Shown here piece after piece: positions 1-10,457 of a stretch of 64,000 nt of DNA. Below the pieces are notes generated by a model that searched no databases, was not told where the DNA came from, and saw only the letters and a program-made list of their open reading frames with translations. Numbering within the stretch: the stretch's first letter is position 1; each line of letters opens with the position of its first letter. Both the position numbers and the translations under genes were made by a program. The stretch is from Eubacteriales bacterium (lineage in GTDB: Bacteria > Bacillota > Clostridia > Oscillospirales > SIG627): assembly GCA_045653035.1 (NCBI GenBank), contig JAZOLO010000008.1:73067-137066 (forward strand), read 5' to 3'.

Positions 1-257
1 TGCAAGACGCAATGACAGCTAAAGCACTTGGATTTACGGGCAAGGCGTCCATTTCACCACGACACATTCAAGCTATAAACGAAGTATTTACTCCCACTAA
101 AGCCGAAATTGATTATGCTTACGAAGTAATGGATGCGATAAGCCTTGCAAAAGAGAGGGGTCTTGGCGCTATATCACTTCATGGTAAAATGATAGATGCC
201 CCTATCGTTGCAAGAGCACAAAAAACCATTTCTATTGCTGAGGCTCTAGGGTTATAA
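1..257 (+). CDS. citE: C-terminal part of citrate/citramalate lyase beta subunit (CitE-like); 5' end lies outside the window
   Basis: The frame is open to the window edge. The tail ..GKASISPRHIQAINEVFTP..EIDYA.. resembles a CitE C-terminus, and the gene ends 13 nt before a CitF-like gene. Confidence 0.7.
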   Translation, partial: QDAMTAKALGFTGKASISPRHIQAINEVFTPTKAEIDYAYEVMDAISLAKERGLGAISLHGKMIDAPIVARAQKTISIAEALGL

Positions 258-270
258 AGGAGGGACACAA

Positions 271-1674
271 ATGAATAAATTAGTAAAGTCTATCCGTGAA
301 ACTATTGTTCTATCGGGCTTAAAAGACGGAATGACGGTTTCTTTTCATCATCATCTTCGCAACGGGGACTACGTTTTGAATATGGTTTTAGAAGAAATAT
401 CAAACCTCGGAATAAAAGACATAACTGTAAATGCAAGCTCACTTTTTGATGTACATATGCCACTCATAAATCACGTAAAGAACAAAGTAGTAACAGGTAT
501 TGCAACTGACTACATTTCTGCTAACCTAGGCAAGGTTTTTTCACAGGGAATATTGGATAAACCTATAGAGTTTCGTACTCATGGGGGCAGACCGAGTGAT
601 ATAGCCTCCGGTAAAACTCCCATTGACGTTGCCTTTATCGCAGCACCTACTTCTGATACCATGGGTAATTGCTCGGGTAAATACGGCAAATCTGCCTGTG
701 GAAGTCTTGGATATGCTTATGCCGATGCTATGTTCGCAAAAAAAACAGTAGTAATTACCGATAATCTGGTACCTTATCCTATGCAGGATTGGTCTATTTC
801 TGAAAATTATATTGACTATGTAGTTAACGTTGATGCTATCGGAGATCCGAGCGGAATTGTTTCGGGAACAACAAGGATTACCCGTGACCCTGTAGGTCTG
901 GTTATGGCAAATCATGCCGCAAAGGTTATAGAAGCATCCGGTCTTCTAAAGGACGGCTTCTCTTTTCAGACGGGTGCGGGCGGTGCATCTCTTGCTGCAG
1001 CAAAGTTCCTAAAGGACATAATGCTTGAAAAAGGTATTGTTGGAAGCTTTGGACTGGGCGGAATAACAGGCTATATGGTAGATATGCTTAGATGCGGTTG
1101 CTTCCGCAATCTTATGGACGTTCAGTGCTTTGACCTTACAGCAGTGGAATCTATAAAAAACGATCCAAGACACAAAGAGATTTCGGCAATGCAATACGCA
1201 TCCCCAACTAGCAAAACTACTGCAGTTGACAGCCTTGACGTTGTTATTTTAGGTGCTACCGAAATTGATACGGATTTTAACGTAAATGTTCATACAGACT
1301 CAAACGGATACATTATGGGTGGCTCGGGCGGTCATAGCGATACAGCGGCAGGGGCTAAGCTTTCTATGATTATTGCTCCTATGTTTAGAGCGAGATTGCC
1401 CATTATTACAGATAGAGTAACCTGCATATCAACTCCTGGCAAAGATATAGACGTTTTGGTAACGCAGGGGGGTATTGCCGTTAATCCAAAAAACAAAGAG
1501 CTAAAGGAACGATTGATAGAAGCTAAGCTTCCTGTTATAGATATTATAGAACTCAAAGAAAAAACCGAACGTATAACGGGCAAACCTCAAAAACTTCCTA
1601 ATGGCGATAAAGTGGTAGCAGAAGTTATCAGTCGTGACGGCAACATTTTAGACAGAATATATAATGTACGGTAA
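271..1674 (+). CDS. citF: Citrate-lyase alpha subunit family CoA-transferase (CitF-like), probably citramalate lyase alpha in this context
   Basis: The N-terminus has GMTVSFHHHLRNGD, typical of CitF. An AGGAGG RBS precedes it and the gene is clustered with a CitE-like gene. Confidence 0.8.
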   Translation: MNKLVKSIRETIVLSGLKDGMTVSFHHHLRNGDYVLNMVLEEISNLGIKDITVNASSLFDVHMPLINHVKNKVVTGIATDYISANLGKVFSQGILDKPIEFRTHGGRPSDIASGKTPIDVAFIAAPTSDTMGNCSGKYGKSACGSLGYAYADAMFAKKTVVITDNLVPYPMQDWSISENYIDYVVNVDAIGDPSGIVSGTTRITRDPVGLVMANHAAKVIEASGLLKDGFSFQTGAGGASLAAAKFLKDIMLEKGIVGSFGLGGITGYMVDMLRCGCFRNLMDVQCFDLTAVESIKNDPRHKEISAMQYASPTSKTTAVDSLDVVILGATEIDTDFNVNVHTDSNGYIMGGSGGHSDTAAGAKLSMIIAPMFRARLPIITDRVTCISTPGKDIDVLVTQGGIAVNPKNKELKERLIEAKLPVIDIIELKEKTERITGKPQKLPNGDKVVAEVISRDGNILDRIYNVR

Positions 1675-1696
1675 ATAAAGGACTGGAGAAAAAGCT

Positions 1697-2536
1697 ATGC
1701 GAGAAATTGATGCTATAAAAATTACTAACACCGTTAAAAAGCTTTGCATTGAGGCAAATTGCCATTTATGCAGTGACGTTAAGGAACGCATAGAAAGCTT
1801 CTGCAAAGACGAAACGTGGCCACAGGCAAAAGAAATATTGGAACGCATTATTGAAAATTATAATATAGCAGATGAAAATAATCAGCCTATTTGTCAGGAT
1901 ACAGGCGTTGCGTGTGTGTTTCTTAAAATCGGTCAGGATATCCATGTAAAAGGAGATATTACAAAAGCAGTAAATGAAGGTGTAAGAGAGGGCTATGAAG
2001 AAGGCTACCTTAGAAAGAGTGTGGTTCGCGACCCACTTGACAGAGTAAATACCGGAGACAATACACCTGCTATGCTTTATTTTGAAATTGTACCCGGAGA
2101 CAAAATAGAAGTTACCGTTGCACCAAAAGGCTTTGGCAGTGAAAATATGAGCAAGATTGCTATGCTTCGACCTTCTGACGGCTTACAGGGCGTTAAAAAC
2201 TTTGTAATAAAAACCGTCGAGGAAGCAGGTGCAAATCCCTGCCCTCCCATTGTTGTAGGAGTAGGTATAGGAGGAACGTTTGATAAGGCTGCTTACCTTG
2301 CAAAAAAAGCACTCCTTCGCCCTGTGAGCGTTCCTAATGATGACTTGTTCTATGCAAATCTTGAAAAAGAACTTCTTGAAGAAATAAACAGCCTTGGCAT
2401 CGGACCGCAAGGCTTTGGCGGAAAGACTACTGCACTTGCAGTTAATATTGAAAAATATCCTACACATATTGCGGGCTTACCTGTTGCCGTTAATATAAAT
2501 TGTCACGTTACAAGGCATTGTACGGAGGTGATATAA
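1697..2536 (+). CDS. Fe-S hydro-lyase alpha subunit (class I fumarase/tartrate dehydratase type), likely mesaconase large subunit
   Basis: The sequence has the CQDTG motif and Cys ligands typical of class I fumarate hydratase N-terminal domains. It is immediately followed by a beta subunit gene. Confidence 0.8.
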   Translation: MREIDAIKITNTVKKLCIEANCHLCSDVKERIESFCKDETWPQAKEILERIIENYNIADENNQPICQDTGVACVFLKIGQDIHVKGDITKAVNEGVREGYEEGYLRKSVVRDPLDRVNTGDNTPAMLYFEIVPGDKIEVTVAPKGFGSENMSKIAMLRPSDGLQGVKNFVIKTVEEAGANPCPPIVVGVGIGGTFDKAAYLAKKALLRPVSVPNDDLFYANLEKELLEEINSLGIGPQGFGGKTTALAVNIEKYPTHIAGLPVAVNINCHVTRHCTEVI

Positions 2537-3097
2537 ATGGCTATTTTTGTTAAAACTCCTCTAACCCGTGAAGATGCTGTAAAGCTTAAAGCAGGTGACA
2601 GCTGTTTAATATCAGGTGTAATATATACAGCAAGAGATGCTGCACATAAGCGCTTGTGTGAGCTTGTTGCACAAGGTAAAGAGCTTCCGCTGGATATAAA
2701 AGACAGCATCATATATTTTGTAGGACCTACACCTGCAAAGCCGGGACAAGCTATAGGCTCTGCAGGACCAACTACATCATATAGAATGGACGCTTACAGC
2801 CCTGATCTGATTGCCATAGGGCAAACCGGTATGATTGGTAAGGGTAAAAGAGGTCCTGAAGTAATTGCTGCTATGAAGAAATACGGTGCAGTATATTTTG
2901 GTGCTATCGGCGGCTGCGGAGCACTTTTGAGCAAGTGCATTAAAAAGGCTGAGGTGATTGCCTATGATGATCTTGGTGCAGAAGCTATCAGAAGACTTGA
3001 AATAGAAGATTTTCCTGCTATTGTAATAATTGACAGTGAAGGAAGAAATCTTTATGAACTAGGCAGAGAAGCTTACCTTCAACAAAAATACAAATAA
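2537..3097 (+). CDS. Fe-S hydro-lyase beta subunit (class I fumarase C-terminal domain type), likely mesaconase small subunit
   Basis: The GPTTSxRMD and GKG motifs are present. The start directly abuts the alpha subunit stop. Confidence 0.8.
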   Translation: MAIFVKTPLTREDAVKLKAGDSCLISGVIYTARDAAHKRLCELVAQGKELPLDIKDSIIYFVGPTPAKPGQAIGSAGPTTSYRMDAYSPDLIAIGQTGMIGKGKRGPEVIAAMKKYGAVYFGAIGGCGALLSKCIKKAEVIAYDDLGAEAIRRLEIEDFPAIVIIDSEGRNLYELGREAYLQQKYK

Positions 3098-3104
3098 ACA
3101 TTTT

Positions 3105-3132
3105 AAGGATACGCATATAATAGCGTATCCTT
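3105..3132 (+). terminator. Hairpin after the hydratase genes (weak T tract)
   Basis: aaggatacgc-N8-gcgtatcctt, a 10 bp stem. Confidence 0.4.
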
Positions 3133-3174
3133 AATTGTTATAAACAGTGTTGACAAAATCACAAAAAAGTATAT

Positions 3175-3192
3175 AATTGTTATATAACAATT
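3175..3192. promoter_or_regulatory. Perfect 18 bp palindrome AATTGTTAT/ATAACAATT, candidate GntR operator
   Basis: It lies 16 nt upstream of the GntR gene start and overlaps a TTGACA-N17-ATAATT-like promoter. The half-site AATTGTTATAA recurs at 3133-3143, and TATAACAATTA recurs upstream of glmS (about 4238-4249). Confidence 0.5.
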
Positions 3193-3207
3193 AAAGGAGC
3201 GAAAATT

Positions 3208-4206
3208 GTGAAATCAATTTATAAAATTAATACAGAGCTTAATATTCCAATATATCAACAGCTTGTTGATGCTATTTGCTCTGCAATAAAAAACGGAAAT
3301 CTTTCATCAGGTCAACAGCTTCCTACTGTTTTTGAAATGACACAAGAACTTGGCGTTGCAAGGGGTACAATAAAAAGAGCGTATGACGAACTGGAACGCA
3401 TCGGATTTATAGAAAAGGTGCAAGGAAGAGGAACTTTTGTAAAATATCAGCCTTTGAATTCTGCAAGCAGAAAAGAACAGGCTATGGCCGCCATCGACGA
3501 AATGCTTAGCCGATTGGAAAGCATGGGCTTATCTGCTCAAGAAATAAACATATTTTTAGACCTCAAGCTTCGCGAATATTCTCAGAAGGAGGCACAGGTA
3601 AAGGTTGCGGTAGTGGAGTGTAATCCCGAAAATCTGTCACAGATATCTGAACAGCTAAGACATATTCATGGTGTTAATTTATATTCCTATACACTTGACA
3701 GTGTAAAACAATACCCTTATAAATTAGGGGAGGATTTTGACCTTATTGTTACAACTTCTCTCCATGCACAATATCTCGAAAGCGTTGTTCCGGAAAAGAA
3801 AAAAGTGGTAAGAGTAGCATTACAACTGTCTACAGGCTGTCTAGCTCATATTTTCAAAATTCGTTCGGAAGAAAGTGTTGGCATAGTGGGATACAGTGAG
3901 CGTTTTGCAAAGCTTATACATTCTTCCTGTGAAATGTACGTTGAAAACATATCTTTAAGCAATCCGTACATTACAAGCACTGCTAAGAATATACAAAGCT
4001 ATCTACGCGATAAAGATACAATTCTTTTACCTAAAAATTATGAAAAATACTTTGATGAAGAAACGCTAAAGCACATAAGGGAATTTAAGGGTAATATTAT
4101 AGATTGCAATTATCAAATGGATGAAGGTTCTGTATTATATCTCGAAACCAAAATAAAAAGACTTCGAGATGAAAAACAATATAAAAACAGCTTTAATTAT
4201 TCTTGA
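3208..4206 (+). CDS. GntR-family transcriptional regulator with a large C-terminal domain
   Basis: The N-terminal wHTH LPTVFEMTQELGVARGTIKRAYDELERIGFIEKVQGRGTFV is typical of GntR. It uses a GTG start with an AAAGGAG RBS. Confidence 0.8.
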   Translation: MKSIYKINTELNIPIYQQLVDAICSAIKNGNLSSGQQLPTVFEMTQELGVARGTIKRAYDELERIGFIEKVQGRGTFVKYQPLNSASRKEQAMAAIDEMLSRLESMGLSAQEINIFLDLKLREYSQKEAQVKVAVVECNPENLSQISEQLRHIHGVNLYSYTLDSVKQYPYKLGEDFDLIVTTSLHAQYLESVVPEKKKVVRVALQLSTGCLAHIFKIRSEESVGIVGYSERFAKLIHSSCEMYVENISLSNPYITSTAKNIQSYLRDKDTILLPKNYEKYFDEETLKHIREFKGNIIDCNYQMDEGSVLYLETKIKRLRDEKQYKNSFNYS

Positions 4207-4286
4207 CAAATGTTATATCTCATTGTATTATATATGTATATAACAATTATCGCTATTTGTCTAAGTAATACAATGGAGGTATTTAT

Positions 4287-4721
4287 ATGGAAGAAAGAAA
4301 GAAAAAGGTGTTGGTCATCGGTGTTATTGGTGCTGATGTTCATGCTGTGGGCAATAAGATTTTATACCATGCTTTTACAGAAGCAGGTTTTGAAGTAGTA
4401 AATCTTGGCGTTATGGTTTCTCAGGAAGAGTATATTGCGGCTGCGATTGAAGCTAGTGCAGATGCAATAGTTGTATCATCTCTTTACGGACAAGGTGAGC
4501 TTGATTGTCGAGGCATGCGTGAAAAATGTGATGAGGCTGGTCTTAAAGGTATTCCTTTGCTTGTTGGAGGAAATATTGTTATAGGAAAGCAGAAGTTTGA
4601 AGATGTAGAAAAGCGCTTCAAAGCAATGGGATTTGACCGTGCATTTCCTCCCGGAACGTCACCTGAAACCACTATCGAAGCTCTTCACGAGCTTTTGGAT
4701 ACGGATGGTGAAAATCAATGA
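4287..4721 (+). CDS. glmS: Glutamate mutase sigma subunit (B12-binding; GlmS/MutS of the methylaspartate pathway, not the glucosamine or mismatch-repair proteins)
   Basis: Close resemblance to clostridial MutS: [33 protein letters not shown]. Confidence 0.9.
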   Translation: MEERKKKVLVIGVIGADVHAVGNKILYHAFTEAGFEVVNLGVMVSQEEYIAAAIEASADAIVVSSLYGQGELDCRGMREKCDEAGLKGIPLLVGGNIVIGKQKFEDVEKRFKAMGFDRAFPPGTSPETTIEALHELLDTDGENQ

Positions 4722-6109
4722 GCAATGTTTTGCTGATTGATTTTGGTAGTACATATACAAAGCTTACTGCTGTAGACATAAAAAGTGAGCAAATTCTTGC
4801 AACCGCAGCTGCATATACAACTGTTCAGACCGATATAAACGATGGACTGAATGAAGGTCTTAAGCTTTTGGAGAAAAAAACAGGAAAAATAGAATATGAT
4901 GCCTATTATGCCTGCTCGTCTGCTGCAGGAGGATTACGAATGGTAACAAGCGGTCTTGTTCCTGAACTTACAGTTGAGGCGGCTAAGCTTGCAAGTCTTG
5001 GAGCAGGTGCGAAAGCCGTAGGCAACTACTCATTTGAATTGACCGAAGACGATATCGACGAAATCAGGAAACTCAATCCTGATATATTCTTGCTGGTGGG
5101 CGGGACAGACGGAGGAAACACTGAATGCATCATTCATAATGCCAAAATGATTGCAGAGATGAAGCCAGAGTTTCCTATTGTACTGGCAGGAAACCGTACT
5201 GCCGCAAAAGAGTGTCAGGAAATTCTAAAAGACTGCGAGGTTTACGTTTGTCCCAATGTAATGCCTAAATTTGGCACTTTACACATAGAACCCACACAAA
5301 AGAAGATACGAGAGATTTTTTTGAACCGTATCATACAAGCTAAAGGATTAAGTAAAGCAACAGCACTTCTTTCCGATATAATGATGCCTACACCTTCAGC
5401 AGTGCTTCTGTCTATTGAGCTACTTGCAAAAGGATATGAAGACGAATCGGGAATTGGTGAGCTTGTTGCTATTGATGTAGGCGGTGCAACAACTGACGTT
5501 TATTCAATCGCAGATGGAATGCCCGAACACATGAACACAGTATATAAAGGTCTCCCTGAACCATACTCAAAGAGAACGGTAGAAGGAGATATAGGAATGA
5601 GATACAGCGTGCAGGGTATCGTAGATGCTCAGGGAATAGATAAGATATGCTCTTATTCAGGTCTATCTAAAGAAAGAGTATTGACTCTAATAGAAGACCT
5701 AAAACAAAATCCCGACAAGGTGCCTAATGGAGATACTGAGCTAACGGCACTTGATTTTGCACTGTCTTCGTGTGCTATAGAAGAGGCGGTAACACGACAT
5801 GCGGGTACTATTTCTGAAACGTATACAATGATGGGGCAAACTTTTGTCCAAGAAGGGAAAAATCTTACAAAAGTAAAACAAATTGTGGTTACCGGCGGTA
5901 GTCTTATCCATACCAACGACACAGAGAAAATTGCGGCTCACGCCCTTTACTCACCGCTAAAGCCCGAGTCACTAAAGCCAAAAAGTGCAGATATATGGAT
6001 TGACAGAACATATATTTTAGCTGCGATGGGACTTTTGTCATCTTATCATCCTAAAACTGCTTTAAGAATTATGAAAAAGGAGCTTATACACAATGAATAT
6101 TCAAAATAA
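4718..6109 (+). CDS. glmL: Glutamate mutase-associated protein L (GlmL/MutL; putative reactivase, ASKHA fold)
   Basis: It sits between the S and E subunits. The N-terminal IDFGSTYTK phosphate-1 motif is present, and there is a 4 nt start/stop overlap with glmS. Confidence 0.85.
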   Translation: MSNVLLIDFGSTYTKLTAVDIKSEQILATAAAYTTVQTDINDGLNEGLKLLEKKTGKIEYDAYYACSSAAGGLRMVTSGLVPELTVEAAKLASLGAGAKAVGNYSFELTEDDIDEIRKLNPDIFLLVGGTDGGNTECIIHNAKMIAEMKPEFPIVLAGNRTAAKECQEILKDCEVYVCPNVMPKFGTLHIEPTQKKIREIFLNRIIQAKGLSKATALLSDIMMPTPSAVLLSIELLAKGYEDESGIGELVAIDVGGATTDVYSIADGMPEHMNTVYKGLPEPYSKRTVEGDIGMRYSVQGIVDAQGIDKICSYSGLSKERVLTLIEDLKQNPDKVPNGDTELTALDFALSSCAIEEAVTRHAGTISETYTMMGQTFVQEGKNLTKVKQIVVTGGSLIHTNDTEKIAAHALYSPLKPESLKPKSADIWIDRTYILAAMGLLSSYHPKTALRIMKKELIHNEYSK

Positions 6110-7544
6110 ACGTATTTCGGATGGTGAATTCAACCGACTTCGACAGGAAGTTTTAATGCAATGGCCCACTGGAAAGGATGTAAATCTTGAAGAAGCTGTA
6201 GCCTATCACAAAGCTATGCCTGAATCAAGAAATTTTTCAAAAAAACTTTTAGATGCCAAGCGTGATAACCGAACTTTAGTTCAACCCCGTGCAGGCGTTC
6301 CCGTTGTCGAGGAACATATAAAGCTTATGCAGTATCTTGAAGAACACGGAGAGGCTGACCTGTTACCTTCAACTATAGACAGCTATACAAGACAAAACCG
6401 CTACGAAGAAGCAGAAAACGGTATTGCAGAATCTTTGCGTTTGGAAAGAGCTATGCTCAACGGCTTTCCAGCAGTTAATCACGGCGTAGCAAAGTGCCGT
6501 CAGGTTATTGAGAGCGTTAACGTTCCTATGCAGGTTCGTCACGGCACTCCTGATGCAAGACTTTTAGCTGAAATTACATACGCAGGTGGCTTTACAAGCT
6601 ACGAGGGCGGTGGCATTTCCTATAATCTTCCCTATTGCAAAAACATTCCTATGGAAAGAACAATTTGCGATTGGCAGTACGTTGACCGCTTGACCGGTAT
6701 TTATGAGGAAATGGGAGTTTCTATTAACCGTGAACCGTATGGCCCTTTGACAGGCACCTTGGTTCCTCCTTGTATCTCTCATGCGGCTGCAATTATTGAG
6801 GCCTTACTTGCGGCTGAACAGGGAGTAAAAAATATAACCGTTGGCTACGGTCAGTGCGGTAATCTTGTTCAGGATATTGCAGCTATTCGCACATTGCAGG
6901 AGCTGACTGATGATTATTTGAAGCAGTACGGATACTCAGACGTTGAAGTTACTACGGTTCTTCACCAGTGGATGGGTGGCTTTCCTGCTGATGAAGCAAA
7001 AGCATTTGGTGTTATTTCTTCTGGAAGCCTTATAGCAGCTTTGTCAAAAGCAACAAAAGTAATTGTAAAAACACCTCACGAGGCCATTGGTATTCCAACA
7101 ATGGAAGCAAACGCTCAGGGGCTACGCTGTACAAAGCAGGTAGTTAATATGCTTGCAGACCAAACGTTCCATTCAGATACATTAGAAGAGGAAAAAGAGA
7201 TAATCCGCCAGGAAACCCGTGCAATTGTTGATAAATGCTTTGAACTTGGAAATGGCGATATAGCAATTGGCGTTTGCCACGGTGTTGAAGCAGGAATTTT
7301 AGACGTTCCATTTGCTCCTTGCCGTGTAAATGCAGGAAAAATGTTGCCATGCCGTGACAATGACGGTGCGGTTCGTATCTTAAACATAGGTAATCTTCCG
7401 TTTAGTCAGGACCTTATTGATTTCCACAGAGAAAAAATTGAAAAGCGTGCAGCTGCTGAAAATCGCAAGGCATCTTTCCAAATGGTAATTGATGACGTGT
7501 ACGCTATCGGTAAAGGTCGCTTGGTTGGTCGCCCAAAATATTGA
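6093..7544 (+). CDS. glmE: Glutamate mutase epsilon subunit (methylaspartate mutase E)
   Basis: The N-terminus ..[22 protein letters not shown]...VQPRAGV matches clostridial MutE. Confidence 0.9.
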   Translation: MNIQNKRISDGEFNRLRQEVLMQWPTGKDVNLEEAVAYHKAMPESRNFSKKLLDAKRDNRTLVQPRAGVPVVEEHIKLMQYLEEHGEADLLPSTIDSYTRQNRYEEAENGIAESLRLERAMLNGFPAVNHGVAKCRQVIESVNVPMQVRHGTPDARLLAEITYAGGFTSYEGGGISYNLPYCKNIPMERTICDWQYVDRLTGIYEEMGVSINREPYGPLTGTLVPPCISHAAAIIEALLAAEQGVKNITVGYGQCGNLVQDIAAIRTLQELTDDYLKQYGYSDVEVTTVLHQWMGGFPADEAKAFGVISSGSLIAALSKATKVIVKTPHEAIGIPTMEANAQGLRCTKQVVNMLADQTFHSDTLEEEKEIIRQETRAIVDKCFELGNGDIAIGVCHGVEAGILDVPFAPCRVNAGKMLPCRDNDGAVRILNIGNLPFSQDLIDFHREKIEKRAAAENRKASFQMVIDDVYAIGKGRLVGRPKY

Positions 7545-7562
7545 TATAGGAGAGAAATTATT

Positions 7563-8819
7563 ATGAAAATTTTAGATATTATTTGTTCATCAGGCCGTAC
7601 AGGTTTTTACTTCGATGACCAACGTGCCATCAAGCAGGGGGCAAATCATGATGGTGTGTTTTATAAAGGTAAACCTGTAACAGAGGGATTTAATGCAGTG
7701 CGTCAGGCAGGCGAATCTATCTCCGTTATGATAATACTTGAAGACGGACAGATTGCGTATGGTGACTGTGCCGCTGTTCAGTATTCAGGAGCAGGCGGTC
7801 GCGACCCGCTATTTCTTGCACAAGATTTTATACCGGTTATTGACAAATATATAAAGCCTGAGCTTATCGGAAAAGAAGCTGGTAACTTCCGCGACTTATG
7901 TGCAATGATGGAGGCTATTTGTGTGGACGGTAAGCGTCTTCACACAGCTATTCGTTATGGCGTATCTCAGGCAATACTTGACGCAGTTGCAAAAGCTACA
8001 GGAAGAATGATGTGTGAGGTTGTAGCTGATGAATACGGATGTACCGTGTCAGAAACACCTATCCCGATTTTTACACAGTCGGGTGACGACCGCTACGACA
8101 ATGCAGATAAAATGATTATCAAACAAGCACAGGTTCTTCCACATGCTCTTATCAATAACGTCGAGACAAAGCTTGGCAGAAACGGTGAAAAGCTCAAAGA
8201 ATACGTAGCGTGGCTCCGTGAGCGTATTTTAGCCTTTCGTTCAAGTGAAGATTATACACCTGTTATGCACATAGACGTGTATGGAACAATAGGTGCGGCC
8301 TTTGGCAATAACAACTATAAGGCGATGGCAGACTACATAGAGGAGCTTGGAAAAACAGCAAAGCCCTTCAGACTTCGTATCGAAGGACCTATGGACTGTG
8401 ACTGTGATAGAGAAACACAGCTTACGGCACTCTCAGCTCTTACTAAAGAGCTGGACGACAGAAAATGCGACGTAGAGCTTGTTGCAGACGAATGGTGTAA
8501 CACGCTTGAGGATATAAAGCTTTTTGCTGATAATAAAGCAGGTCATATGGTGCAGATTAAAACTCCTGACCTTGGCGGTATCAATAATACTATTGAAGCA
8601 GTACTTTACTGCAAAGAAAAAGGAATTGGAGCTTATCAGGGAGGTACGTGCAATGAAACCGACCGTAGTGCTCAGGTATGTGTGCATTGTGCTATGGCAA
8701 CAAGGCCTGTTCAAATTCTTGCAAAACCCGGCATGGGTGTTGACGAGGGATATATGATAGTATATAACGAAATGAATCGTATTTTGGCTATCAGAAAAGC
8801 AAAAAATTCAAAAAAATAA
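7563..8819 (+). CDS. mal: 3-methylaspartate ammonia-lyase
   Basis: MKILDIICSSGRTGFYFDDQRAIKQGANHDG.. closely resembles C. tetanomorphum MAL. Confidence 0.9.
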   Translation: MKILDIICSSGRTGFYFDDQRAIKQGANHDGVFYKGKPVTEGFNAVRQAGESISVMIILEDGQIAYGDCAAVQYSGAGGRDPLFLAQDFIPVIDKYIKPELIGKEAGNFRDLCAMMEAICVDGKRLHTAIRYGVSQAILDAVAKATGRMMCEVVADEYGCTVSETPIPIFTQSGDDRYDNADKMIIKQAQVLPHALINNVETKLGRNGEKLKEYVAWLRERILAFRSSEDYTPVMHIDVYGTIGAAFGNNNYKAMADYIEELGKTAKPFRLRIEGPMDCDCDRETQLTALSALTKELDDRKCDVELVADEWCNTLEDIKLFADNKAGHMVQIKTPDLGGINNTIEAVLYCKEKGIGAYQGGTCNETDRSAQVCVHCAMATRPVQILAKPGMGVDEGYMIVYNEMNRILAIRKAKNSKK

Positions 8820-8835
8820 CTATATAAAACAGATC

Positions 8836-8867
8836 AAGGACTCCTTACGATAACGCAAGGAGTCCTT
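8836..8867. terminator. Hairpin between the convergent mal and trpB genes
   Basis: aaggactcctt-N10-aaggagtcctt. The flanking T tracts are weak. Confidence 0.4.
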
Positions 8868-8890
8868 ACTTCATTAAAAGTTAGACGAAA

Positions 8891-10111
8891 TTATCTTATG
8901 CCGTAGTGTTCAATAATATAATCCATATCCTTATCTCCCCTGCCCGAGAGGTTTATAAGTACTGAGCCGTGCTCCATAGTTTTTGCAAGCTTCATACCGA
9001 AGGCTACGGCGTGAGAGGATTCGATAGCGGGGATGATACCCTCGAGACGTGAAAGCTTGTAGAATGCGTCTACGGTTTCCTCGTCGTTGATAACGTCGTA
9101 TTTTACACGTCCAATTTCCTGAAGGAATGCATGCTCAGGACCTGATGAGGGATAGTCGAGACCGCTTGCTACAGAGTATACGGGTGCAGGCTCACCGTTT
9201 TCGTCCTTAAGCATTATAGAGTTGAAGCCGTGCATAATGCCCTCAGTACCGAATTTAAGGCTTGCCGCATGGTCACCGAGCTTTTCACCGCGACCGAGAG
9301 GCTCAATACCATAAATATCAACAGGGTCATTAAGGAAGCCTGAGAAGAGTCCTGCCGCATTGCTTCCGCCGCCAACACACGCAACGATAGCGTTGGGAAG
9401 GTGTCCTGTCATATCAATAAACTGCTCTCTTGCCTCAATTCCCACAACGCTCTGGAAATCCCTAACCATCATGGGAAAAGGATGAGGGCCGAGAACCGAG
9501 CCGATACAGTAGATTGCATCGTTATACTCTTTGCTGTATGCATCAAATGCAGCATCAACAGCCTCTTTAAGAGTCTGAAGTCCGTGAGTTACCTCTACAA
9601 CGTTTGCACCGAGAATCTTCATACGTGCAACGTTAGGTGCCTGCTTCTTAATATCAACAGAGCCCATATAGATATCACATTCAAGTCCGAAATATGCCGC
9701 CGCAGTAGCAAGAGCAACGCCGTGCTGACCTGCACCCGTTTCGGCAATAACCTTCTTCTTGCCCATATACTTTGCAAGGAGTGCTTCACCCATACAATGA
9801 TTGAGCTTGTGTGCACCCGAGTGGTTTAAGTCCTCACGCTTTGCATAAAGCTGTACCTTTCCGCCAAGGGCATCGGAAAGTCTTTCAAGGTGTGAAATGG
9901 GGGTAGGTCTGCCCTGAAATTCACGTCTTATTCTGCGAAGCTCTGCAATAAACTTTCTTGACTGGCAGATAGAGTAATATGCTTCAGTAATCTCTGCCAT
10001 AGCGGCTTTAAGCTTATCGTCAATGTAAACACCGCCGTACTTACCGAAGTATCCGTTTTTATCGGGATAGTTGTTAAAATAGGTTTCAAAATCAACGCCG
10101 TTAAGTTTCAT
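8891..10111 (-). CDS. trpB: Tryptophan synthase beta chain (stand-alone)
   Basis: [16 protein letters not shown] (PLP lysine) and GGGSNA motifs are present. No trpA is adjacent. Confidence 0.85.
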   Translation of the reverse strand: MKLNGVDFETYFNNYPDKNGYFGKYGGVYIDDKLKAAMAEITEAYYSICQSRKFIAELRRIRREFQGRPTPISHLERLSDALGGKVQLYAKREDLNHSGAHKLNHCMGEALLAKYMGKKKVIAETGAGQHGVALATAAAYFGLECDIYMGSVDIKKQAPNVARMKILGANVVEVTHGLQTLKEAVDAAFDAYSKEYNDAIYCIGSVLGPHPFPMMVRDFQSVVGIEAREQFIDMTGHLPNAIVACVGGGSNAAGLFSGFLNDPVDIYGIEPLGRGEKLGDHAASLKFGTEGIMHGFNSIMLKDENGEPAPVYSVASGLDYPSSGPEHAFLQEIGRVKYDVINDEETVDAFYKLSRLEGIIPAIESSHAVAFGMKLAKTMEHGSVLINLSGRGDKDMDYIIEHYGIR

Positions 10112-10124
10112 AATATTTTTCCTT

Positions 10125-10357
10125 TCAAAAACAAAAAATCTGTCCCCTTTTCGGGACAGATAAATCTGCTATGCCACCCATGAAAGAAGACGCATACTAT
10201 CATATGCACGTCACTGTAACGGTTGACCTCCGTCTCGCCTACTGTAAGTTCAGCTCGCCCTCCCAAGTCCATTCGGCTTCTCACCATTATCGCAATCACA
10301 CCGCCTGCGACTCTCTAAAAACGGCTTCATAAAGCTTACTATTCTTGTTCATCGGTT
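10125..10357 (-). promoter_or_regulatory. T-box leader (Trp specifier) with intrinsic terminator
   Basis: The minus strand reads AGAGAG..GGTGAGA.. in stem I. The specifier-loop candidate GAA-TGG-A has its TGG at about 10269-10271. The T-box sequence TGGGTGGCATAGCAG (10166-10180) is followed by the terminator CTGTCCCGAAAAGGGGACAG+TTTTTTG. Confidence 0.8.
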
Positions 10358-10363
10358 TAAGTA

Positions 10364-10392
10364 ATACTAACACATTATTTCTTTTTTGTCAA
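10364..10392 (-). promoter_or_regulatory. Sigma-A-type promoter for the T-box leader and trpB
   Basis: TTGACA-N17-TAGTAT on the minus strand. Confidence 0.55.
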
Positions 10393-10457
10393 GAGCATTT
10401 TTTTGGGGAGCACCAAAATACTTGGTACTCCCCAAAATCACACTATGAAAACGCTTT

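Noticed and set aside
4210-4398. 62 aa ORF overlapping the glmS start
   Set aside because: It lies in the promoter/RBS region of glmS in another frame, is hydrophobic and low-complexity, and has no RBS.
10401-10438. Hairpin TTTTGGGGAG-N18-CTCCCCAAAA as terminator of the NhaC-family gene
   Set aside because: On both strands the T run precedes the stem and the A run follows it, so it is not a canonical intrinsic terminator. It may still be a stabilising hairpin.
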